32,000 nt of DNA from Thermofilum pendens Hrk 5. GTDB taxonomy: Archaea; Thermoproteota; Thermoprotei; Thermofilales; Thermofilaceae. This document shows, piece after piece, positions 24,902 through 32,000 of the stretch. Both the position numbers and the translations under genes were made by a program. The stretch covers positions 1,230,001 through 1,262,000 of the forward strand of contig NC_008698.1 of the NCBI RefSeq assembly GCF_000015225.1. Direction: 5' to 3'. The notes beneath the pieces were generated by a model. It was given only the letters and a program-made list of their open reading frames with translations, was not told where the DNA came from and did not search any database. Every line of letters begins with the position of its first letter. Position 1 is the stretch's first letter.

Positions 24902-25104
24902 TGAGGGGTTTGTGGGAGCTTCTTCTCGAAACCCCGCTTAACATTTCTCTGTGGCGGTATAAAACGTTAACTCCTCCCCTCTTCCCGTTGGGAAGAAATC
25001 CCCGAAAAGCATTTATAAATGACGCCGTCATGCCAACTCGACGAGAAAGCCTGGCAAGGGAGAAATCCCAGTAAAGCTTTTATCGTTGACAGTGTCAAGG
25101 GTTT
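24902..25104 (-). promoter_or_regulatory. Leader of array 3 (direct duplicate of the array 5 leader)
   Basis: About 80% identical by eye to 30643-30850. TATAAAA at 24958-24964. The conserved core is TTTATAAATGACGCCGTCATGCCAA...GAAAGCCTGGCAAGGGAGAAATCCC, with the palindrome ATGACGCCGTCAT at 25019-25031. Confidence 0.8.
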
Positions 25105-25941
25105 TTAAGCTTTCTCGGGTGTTGTTTTTGAGGGTTGATTGGCTGTTTTCACGGTTATTACTCCGTAGCCTGCGCTCCTGTTTCCGCCGATGTTCGTGAG
25201 TTCTCCCAGTTTTAGGAGGCCGTGCACCAGGCTTAGCTTGTCGCTGGGGGCGTTCTTCCTGGCTTTCAGCTTCACCCATCCTACGAAGCCGTTTGGCGCC
25301 GGCTTCGAGGGCTCCATTGGCGGCGTCTTGACGTCTAGGCCTGCCACGTAGACGGTGGATGCCAGCTCCTCCGGCTTCGGTAGGCTTGCGCCCGTGAGCC
25401 TGTGGGCCGTCGCCACTAGGCCTGCGAGCATGTGGACGGGGTCCGGGTAGAGGACCTTGTACTCCTTGTCCCCTGAGAGTGGGTTGAAGTAGGTGGGGGT
25501 GTGGAAGCGCACGTCCAGAGCCTCGAAGGGCCCCGCCTCCAGGACCCTCGCCGGGTCGTAGACCCTGAGCGCCAAGCCTTCGAGCGCGAACTCCTGCCCC
25601 TTCACCGAGAAGGACCTCGTAGAGGCGATGGCGGCGACAGCCCTCCTCGCAACCCCCTCGTCCAGGAAGGCGACCTCCATCCTTGCGAGAGCCCCCCTCT
25701 CGAAGAGAACGCCCGCCGACACCCCCTCACCCACAACCCTGAACCCAGAGGCGAAGCGCAGAGGCCTAAGCGCGAACACAGACGGAGAGCCAGGCTTACC
25801 GTGCATGAGCCCCGCGACACCCCCATCCACAGCCCCCACAGCGCTCAGCAACGCACCCCTACACTCGGCCCCCGAGAACCACGGGAGAGACCCGCCCGAC
25901 ACAGCCCTAAGCGAAAGCTCTACGACGACGACAGAGCCCAC
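25105..25941 (-). CDS. cas6: Cas6 family CRISPR repeat endoribonuclease
   Basis: C-terminal glycine-rich loop LGELTNIGGNRSAGYGVITV is typical of Cas6, on a RAMP-like N-terminal beta-alpha layout. GTG start. The stop abuts the array 3 leader and the gene is co-oriented with it. Confidence 0.7.
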   Translation of the reverse strand: MGSVVVVELSLRAVSGGSLPWFSGAECRGALLSAVGAVDGGVAGLMHGKPGSPSVFALRPLRFASGFRVVGEGVSAGVLFERGALARMEVAFLDEGVARRAVAAIASTRSFSVKGQEFALEGLALRVYDPARVLEAGPFEALDVRFHTPTYFNPLSGDKEYKVLYPDPVHMLAGLVATAHRLTGASLPKPEELASTVYVAGLDVKTPPMEPSKPAPNGFVGWVKLKARKNAPSDKLSLVHGLLKLGELTNIGGNRSAGYGVITVKTANQPSKTTPEKA

Positions 25942-26143
25942 ACACAGAAAACACCAACCCCCCTTAATACCTTAACGCCCGAACCTCAACAGCCCGAGCC
26001 GAGGCGGGGCACTGCTCTCCCGACCCATCCGTCCTTGATACCAGGTAGACACGGAACCATGGCTCCCCAAGCTATTCAGCTCTAGCCTCGCAGCGTTGAT
26101 ACGCGAGGAAGGAGGAGAAGCAGAGGATTACCATCCACCGAAC

Positions 26144-28380
26144 CTTTCGGTTCATTCGTTTTTGATACTCTACGGACGTAACACCGCCACACGGACGCTA
26201 CCTCTTTCACTTTCAGTTCATCCGTCGTTGATACTGAGAGACGAGGCTGGGAAGCCCTTCGCCGTATACTGGCTCTTTCAACTCATTCGTCTTTGATACT
26301 TCGAGATCCACCATGAGCCAGCGACCGTCGCTAATGTAGTACTTTCAACTCATTCGTTGTTGATACGCCTCGACGTGAAGAAGAGGTACACCTACCCCTG
26401 GCTCGGCTTTCAACTCATTCGTTGTTGATACTGGGGGTTGCGCAGAGCTGAGCAGGCAAGTATTGTTTCCACTATGTCTTTCAACTCATTCGTTGTTGAT
26501 ACACGCCTGGCGCGAGTTTCGGTGGCGGTGGTGATAGACTTTCAACTCATTCGTTGTTGATACTGACGTTGGGGGGCGGGGGGTGAGCCTTCGGAGGATC
26601 AGGGTAGCTTTCAACTCATTCGTTGTTGATACATGCGTGGGAGAGGGCCGAGAACACGGTGAAGGCGTACAACTTTCAACTCATTCGTTGTTGATACGGT
26701 GGAGATGGGGTGGTAGAGGTGGTGGTAGCAGTAGCAATCCCCTTTCAACTCATTCGTTGTTGATACCGAAGACTTCGAGCACCTCGATCTTCCTCGCCTC
26801 TCCCGCTTTCAACTCATTCGTTGTTGATACGGGGCGATGCCCCGCTTCGCCCACATCAAGAAGGCTTTCAACTCATTCGTTGTTGATACACGGTATCAAG
26901 AACGTGTCCTTCAGCGAGCCCTTACCCCCCTTTCAACTCATTCGTTGTTGATACAACGAGCTACTGAACAAGCTGGCGCAGGAAAAGCTGGACTTTCAAC
27001 TCATTCGTTGTTGATACAGTGTGGGACGCTGTCCAGAAACGTGCACCTGTTGAAATAACTTTCAACTCATTCGTTGTTGATACCCAAGTCGAACGTGAAG
27101 AGGGAGGCGGCGAGGGCTATGGCTTTCAACTCATTCGTTGTTGATACTCTTCTCCTCCACGGCTTCTAGGAAGTCGTGCGCCTTGACTTTCAACTCATTC
27201 GTTGTTGATACGAACGCCGAGCCGTCCGCGGTGCCTATCCTCACCTCCTCTTTCAACTCATTCGTTGTTGATACCCGGCGATGCGCCTCGTGGAGCTGTC
27301 GCGCGAGATAGCTTTCAACTCATTCGTTGTTGATACCTCCCCAGGACGCCCCCCTAGCAAGCAGCTCGCCGGTAGCTTTCAACTCATTCGTTGTTGATAC
27401 AACTCGAAAAACTGGAGCGGTCGCTCGCGCGCCTAGTACCCTTTCAACTCATTCGTTGTTGATACCCGCTTAACAGTTCAAGCCCTACTTTTTGAGATAA
27501 TGCTCTTTCAACTCATTCGTTGTTGATACTTACCCTCTTCGGCTGTGCTACGCCCTCGCAGGGTATAACCACTTTCAACTCATTCGTTGTTGATACTGGC
27601 TGGTCACGAACATACATTACATCAGCCCAAACATCTTTCAACTCATTCGTTGTTGATACGCGGAGGAGGAGTACGGCAAGAGCTACGAGTACTTCACTTT
27701 CAACTCATTCGTTGTTGATACGAACGGGTCTTCCCAGTTGATCCCATACAGCAACTTGACTTTCAACTCATTCGTTGTTGATACTCGACGAGGTATTCGA
27801 CGAAAACGTTAAACGCTTCAAGCTTTCAACTCATTCGTTGTTGATACCTGCTACTCAAAAGGTTGCTTGAGGAGGAGCGTAGGAGGAGGAACAACCCCCA
27901 CCCTTTCAACTCATTCGTTGTTGATACTAATAGACAACGCGCTCAGCGCCGTGGTGAACTACGGACTCTTTCAACTCATTCGTTGTTGATACAAGCCGGA
28001 GATCGAAATCCCCCCTTCTGGTGTTGTTGCGCTTTCAACTCATTCGTTGTTGATACACACGTAGCTGTTGTGCCTGGCGTCGCCGGGCGGCCTGACTTTC
28101 AACTCATTCGTTGTTGATACCTCCGGCGTTCAGCTCCATCAGCTTCTCCAGGTTTAGCTCCTTTCAACTCATTCGTTGTTGATACTAAGCATGGCGGGCG
28201 GCCCGAAGTCCTCCACCTCGCTGAACTTTCAACTCATTCGTTGTTGATACAGTTTTTCATCGAGATCTACGGAACTCCCTTGTCTTCGCCTTTCAACTCA
28301 TTCGTTGTTGATACGGGGCGAGCTTCAGAAAGATAAGGATGACGACAAACGTGAGCTTTCAACTCATTCGTTGTTGATAC
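26144..28380 (-). CRISPR. CRISPR array 4: 35 repeats of 25 bp, 34 spacers (mostly 37-46 bp, one of 55 bp); transcribed-strand repeat GTATCAACAACGAATGAGTTGAAAG
   Basis: + strand repeat CTTTCAACTCATTCGTTGTTGATAC, first at 26144 and last at 28356. The three leftmost copies (26144, 26210, 26275) carry 2-4 mismatches, and two further vestigial copies end at 26041 and 26102. The leader is on the right. Confidence 0.95.
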
Positions 28381-28600
28381 CGTTTCTCGTGGACGTTTGT
28401 AATGGGGCTTGGATGTATTTATCTTTTTCTCCGGGTATGTGCGTATCCTTGGCAAGCGTTTACGGGAAGCATTTGAAAATCTTTCAAGACCTACGCCTAC
28501 CATGCTGAGTGATACGGATAGGGAGAAAACGCGTGGGAAGCTTCATTTTGAAAATGAGTTTCCTCCCGTAAGCCTATATGCTTAGAGGAGGAAAAACCGA
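28381..28600 (-). promoter_or_regulatory. Leader of array 4 (extent approximate)
   Basis: AT-richer flank next to the perfect repeats. TATA-like ATAAATA on the minus strand (28416-28422) lies about 36-42 nt from the first repeat. TACGGGAAGCATTTGAAAA (28461-28479) resembles a motif in leaders 1 and 2. Confidence 0.6.
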
Positions 28601-28778
28601 CGGGCAGGCTTCGACAAGGGAAGCCTCTGCTCCCACCCCGTATCACGAAGGATTAATCTCTGTTTGCTTCTGTTGCCTTTTTTGTTTGGGTGTAGTTCTC
28701 CTGTGTCTTAGCGGCTACTCATCCCAGCTCGTATGCCGGCCCGGTGTGCGCGTGGAGGTTTTTCGATGCTGGTCTTCC

Positions 28779-29439
28779 ATGCTCGAGGTGGTGCGTGGTC
28801 TGCCTGTAAGGCTTATTAGCTTGTGCGACGGTGTTGGCGGTGTGGGCGAGGAGGTTGATAGGGTTTTGGGTAATTTGGTCAGGGCTGTAGGGATGCTTGA
28901 AGGGTGCCCTGAGTTGAGTATGCTTATACCGGAGGTGAGGAGTAACATTGTATACGCTCTTCCGAATCCGAGAACTGTACGCGACGTGGCGGGTGTTGAG
29001 GGTAGAATAACCGTTGTGAATGGTAGGCCTAAGGCTTCTTCTTATCCGAGGTTCGGTGCTTCGTGGCACATGGCGAGGCTAATAGTCGAGGAACAAGTGT
29101 AGACCGGAGATTAGGGCTGGGGTGAACCTAAGGTTTGGTGAAGAGGTTAAGGGGTTTCTATACGCGTATGCTGGGGAGAAGGGGTTGGAGGTCGGGTTTA
29201 TAGATCGAGGTGGAGAGCCGGGAGGGGTTGCCCGGGTGGAGGGTGCTTCGACGCCGTGGAAGGTGAAGTACTTGGTCGAGAACTACGGGGGGATACCCGG
29301 TATAGTGGTTGAGGGTGAAGCTCCCGGAAAGGAGCCTCTCCTCGTAATTCTTGGAAGGAGCGCCGCCGAGGTGGCGGAGATGGCTGTGGAAGTGGCTAGG
29401 AGGTATGCCGAGTGGAGGAGTAAGAGAGGACGAGGCTAG
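28779..29439 (+). pseudogene. thiN: ThiN-type thiamine-phosphate synthase domain gene, split by a +1 frameshift
   Basis: Part 1 is MLEVVRGL...IPEVRSNIVYALP...DVAGVEGRI...FGASWHMARLIVEEQV-stop (ends at 29102). Part 2 is open from 29086 in the +1 frame: NKCRPEIRAGVNLRFGEE...IDRGGEPG...WKV...GKEPLLVILGRSA. Deleting one nt near 29097 fuses them colinearly. Confidence 0.6.
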
Positions 29440-29798
29440 CTAGAGTCTGTACCGCTCTCCGCCGCTATTCCTCCTCTCCTCATGAATACTACTGCATCGG
29501 CTACCACGCTGTCCTCCACGCAGTGGGATACGAGCAGCGTTGCCACGTTGACCGATCTAACTATCTTCATTACCTCGCCTCTCAGCCTAGCCCTGGATTC
29601 GCGGTCTATGCACGAGGACGGCTCGTCGAGCAGGAGGATTCCCGGCGTAGCCAGCGCCCTCGCCGACGCTCTCCACCCGATAGCTGGGAAGGCTTTTACG
29701 CTCACAGCCCCGAGCCCCTCGCGGGAGGGCTTCCCCCGCTTAGACCCCACCACCGGGCGTCTCGCTGGTCGCGGCGAGGTCCCGCGGCGTACCGGCAT
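29436..29798 (-). pseudogene. ABC transporter ATPase, C-terminal fragment only
   Basis: ARALATPGILLLDEPSSCIDRESRARL...TLLVSHCVEDSVVADAVVFMRRGGI covers Walker B, the D-loop and the H-loop. The signature motif is degenerate (AIGWRAS), and no Walker A region is present upstream in any frame I read. Confidence 0.5.
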
Positions 29799-29830
29799 GC
29801 TCCGAGGAGGTACTCGTCTTCAGGAGCCAC

Positions 29831-30169
29831 TTGTCCCTGCTGGGCGCGGGGGTGGAGGGAGCCGTGGAGAGGCTGGTCGCCAGGGTCGGCTACAGGGCCG
29901 TGGGGGTCGAGGTGGTCACACTGGAGGAGGCGCTGGAGGCCCTCGAGGCGGGGGCCCGCTACGCCCGGTTCGACGGGGTAGGCCCGGCGACGCTCAACGG
30001 CTGGGTGCGGGTAGTCAAGGCCGGGTTCCCGGAGGCAAGGGTGGGCGCGTCCGGCGGGGTAACGGCCGAGAACGTGGCCGACTACGCGCGGGCAGGGGTC
30101 GACGTAGTGGTAACGTCAGCCCCGTTTAGAGCCCTACCCCTAGACTTCACGACGGCGATGGGCCGCTAA
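29831..30169 (+). pseudogene. Quinolinate phosphoribosyltransferase family (NadC/ModD), C-terminal fragment only
   Basis: VGVEVVTLEEALEALEAGARY...EARVGASGGVTAENVADYARAGVDVVVTSAPFRALPLDFT matches the C-terminal TIM-barrel half of type II PRTases. The roughly 170 N-terminal residues are absent, since that space is taken by the opposite-strand ABC fragment. Confidence 0.55.
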
Positions 30170-30195
30170 CGCAACAACCGGCGAGAAAGCCCCAC

Positions 30196-30642
30196 GTCTT
30201 AGTCTTGCCGATTTTGAACGGGCGAATCCCAGTCTATCGACGGGTCAGGGATACTCTCTTAGTCTTGCTGATTTTGAACTAGCGCTCGCAAGGCATGCGC
30301 AAACGAAGGTCGTCATGGCTCTTAGTCTTGCTGATTTTGAACACGCCGCCGGTCTACGAGGTCAGGCTAGCCGCACTGCTACACTCTTAGTCTTGCTGAT
30401 TTTGAACTGTATGATAAAAGAATTCACGTCCCGATCCACGTCAACTCTTAGTCTTGCTGATTTTGAACATACGGGGTCGTCCCTCTGCGCGGCGAGCTTG
30501 TCTCTTAGTCTTGCTGATTTTGAACTTGTCCCGTACGGATTCGGCGCGCTCATGCTCGCGCCTCTTAGTCTTGCTGATTTTGAACTCCTAAGGCTTGCCC
30601 CATTTTGCGCGGACATCCCTCTTAGTCTTGCTGATTTTGAAC
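30196..30642 (-). CRISPR. CRISPR array 5: 8 repeats of 24 bp (same family as array 3), 7 spacers (33-41 bp)
   Basis: Repeats start at 30196 (GTCTTAGTCTTGCCGATTTTGAAC, 2 mismatches), 30256, 30319, 30384, 30445, 30502, 30562 and 30619. The leader is on the right. Confidence 0.95.
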
Positions 30643-30869
30643 TGAGGGGTTTGTGGGAGCCTTTTCCCGCAAATCCGGGTTTTATTTCTCTGTGGTGGTA
30701 TAAAACGTTTTCTGTTCCCTTCTTCCCAACGAGAACAAATCCCCGAAACACTTTTATAAATGACGCCGTCATGCCAATCCGACGGGAAAGCCTGGCAAGG
30801 GAGAAATCCCCGAAATGCTTTTATTGTTGACAGTGTCAAGGGTTTATAAGCCTTCCCGGGCGCGGGGCT
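30643..30869 (-). promoter_or_regulatory. Leader of array 5 (direct duplicate of the array 3 leader)
   Basis: The first 18 nt, TGAGGGGTTTGTGGGAGC, are identical to leader 3. Shared TCTCTGTGG(C/T)GGTATAAAACGTT. Palindrome ATGACGCCGTCAT at 30760-30772. Ends at the stop codon of the Cmr3-like gene. Confidence 0.8.
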
Positions 30870-31985
30870 TTAAGGGTTGAATGGGTTCTTGCTTTTTTGC
30901 TGGTGTTTTTCTCTGAGTTTCGCGGCTTTTTCGCAGAGTTTTTCTGGGAGCTGGATGGGTATGAGTGTGCCCCATCCTGTGTCGCTGTGTAGCCCTGCTC
31001 CTTCCTCGTATGTTTTCCTCGGGTTTGCCTTTGCGATTGCGAGCGTGTTTCCGGCTATGCCTGGTAGGGGGTCTCTGTGCCTCCCGTCTTTGAGGCTGTA
31101 GCCCGGGGTTACGAGTGTTGTTTTGGAGTCGAAGAGGGGTTTGAGAGTGGATGTTGCTAGCAGTATTTCCGCGCTTTTGACTGCCTGCTGGAGTAGCGTT
31201 GTCGTTGCTAGGGGCCCGCTCGTGCGCGGGGGTTCGGGTAGCAGTATCGGGGTTACCTGGAGTAGCGCTACGCACTGCTCGTCGCCGGGTAGCTCTTCGA
31301 GGAGTATCTGCCCGGGCGCCACCTCGACCTTTACGGGTGCCCCGTCGCTGGCGAACCTCGCGGCGTACTCGCGCGTCGAGGCGCAGTCGGCGCCCAGGAT
31401 CTCGGCTGCTACGGCGGCGTCTGCGCCCAGCGCGGCTTTCAGGTCTAGCTCCGCGGCGGAGTAGAGGTAGCCTTCGCGGGCGACCTTGACAGCCCTCTCG
31501 AGCCCTACCCCCATCCTCCACTCCGGCTTGGCCTCCGCGTAGGCGCCTCTCAGCGCCCGGCCCGCCTTCTCCAGAAGCTCGCTCCCCCTGCTGGCCGAGC
31601 CCTCCAGGTACGCTTCGAGGGCGTCGAGGTAGGCTTCCAGGGCCTCGGGGACAGCCCTCCTGAGGGCCTGGAGCTCCGCGTAGCCGCCCGCCAGCGCGGC
31701 GTAGACCTTCCCGCGGGAGACGACGTAGCCGGGCCTGAGCTTGACGGAGCGGCACGCGCACCCCTGCCCCTCGAGTAGCGCCTTGACTCCCTCCAGGGGG
31801 TCTGCCGGGGGCTCCGGGCGCGAGTAGCCTATCGATGCCAGTAGACCGGCCAGGGTCGAGGGTAGCGGGTAGTGCATCGTGGACGCGTGGGTCGCGGGCC
31901 CGCTGGCGTACGGGTCGAAGGCGCCGGTCCTCCTGAACCTGACCCTGTCCACCGGGTATACCAGGACGCGCGCCACCAGCGTCAC
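30870..31985 (-). CDS. Cas5-family RAMP, Cmr3-like (second type III module, probably continuing beyond the window)
   Basis: N-terminus VLVYPVDRVRFRRTGAFDPYASGPATHASTMHYPLPSTLAGLLAS fits the Cmr3 pattern (P-x-D-x-h-x-FR-x-G-x-PF ... P-x-PST-x-x-G). REGYLYSAAEL. C-terminal GWGTLIPI. GTG start at 31985, 15 nt from the window end. Confidence 0.5.
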   Translation of the reverse strand: MTLVARVLVYPVDRVRFRRTGAFDPYASGPATHASTMHYPLPSTLAGLLASIGYSRPEPPADPLEGVKALLEGQGCACRSVKLRPGYVVSRGKVYAALAGGYAELQALRRAVPEALEAYLDALEAYLEGSASRGSELLEKAGRALRGAYAEAKPEWRMGVGLERAVKVAREGYLYSAAELDLKAALGADAAVAAEILGADCASTREYAARFASDGAPVKVEVAPGQILLEELPGDEQCVALLQVTPILLPEPPRTSGPLATTTLLQQAVKSAEILLATSTLKPLFDSKTTLVTPGYSLKDGRHRDPLPGIAGNTLAIAKANPRKTYEEGAGLHSDTGWGTLIPIQLPEKLCEKAAKLREKHQQKSKNPFNP

Positions 31986-32000
31986 CCCTCCATCCTCTTG

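Noticed and set aside
24843-25031. An ORF starting at the ATG inside the leader palindrome and conserved in frame in both leader copies (MTASFINAFRGF... at 24843-25031 and MTASFIKVFRGF... at 30362-30772), plus the + strand counterpart (...FINDAVMP(T/I)RRESLAREKS).
   Set aside because: The two leaders are about 80% identical without indels, so every frame is conserved. The substitutions are mostly non-synonymous, the ORFs read straight into repeats, and both strands look equally 'conserved'. There is no evidence for coding.
27848-27902. The 55-bp spacer in array 4, considered as two spacers with a lost repeat.
   Set aside because: The only repeat-like word (GGTTGCTTGAGG) would sit directly against the preceding repeat, leaving no spacer. 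I treat it as a single long spacer.
28578-28778. The N-terminal 67 codons of track ORF 28578-29102 (Cys/Leu-rich 'membrane' segment).
   Set aside because: It lies in the AT-rich leader of array 4 and has no similarity to ThiN. The ThiN-like sequence begins at the Met at 28779.
1-32000. I looked across the whole window for cas1/cas2/cas4, CARF (Csx1/Csm6) genes, tRNA/rRNA genes and transposases, integrases or IS termini. I also considered spacer self-matches.
   Set aside because: None of the ORF translations show the corresponding motifs, and no cloverleaf-like or rRNA-like segments were noticed. Self-targeting by spacers could not be evaluated by eye and needs a computational search.

Overview
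GC-rich archaeal chromosomal segment. A hyperthermophilic crenarchaeote is my inference, from TATA-proximal near-leaderless genes, ATTGAAAG-type CRISPR repeats, a PaREP1-like gene and HEPN/MNT genes; it was not checked against any database. The window is dominated by CRISPR-Cas. (1) nt 1-7148 holds the 3' part of a type III effector operon: cas7-cas7-cas10-cas7-cas5(Csx10/Csm4-like)-cas7-orf147. Cas10 has intact HD and GGDD motifs. I see no recognisable Cas11 or CARF effector in the visible part. (2) nt 7.8-13.0 kb holds two paralogous membrane-anchored proteins, dense in N-glycosylation sequons and each with 3 x 76-aa repeats, flanking a GH20-like hexosaminidase gene. (3) nt 13.3-19.4 kb is a block bracketed by two retropepsin-like paralogs, one of them frameshifted. 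It contains a HEPN-MNT pair, an MFS transporter, and an operon of an uncharacterised 696-aa helical-repeat protein plus an 87-aa ORF. (4) nt 19.4-30.6 kb holds five CRISPR arrays (83 repeats, 78 spacers by my count) from three repeat families. Each array has an AT-richer leader. Two arrays form an inverted leader-array duplication and two share a directly duplicated leader. Interspersed among them are cas6, an orphan UPF0175 gene, a PaREP1-like gene and several decayed housekeeping genes: a BadF/BadG-type sugar kinase with a G7-tract frameshift, a frameshifted ThiN, an ABC ATPase fragment and a NadC/ModD fragment. (5) A Cmr3-like gene at the right edge suggests a second type III module continuing outside the window. 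No adaptation genes (cas1/2/4), tRNA/rRNA genes or transposases were recognised. All family assignments come from motif reading by eye, not from searches.
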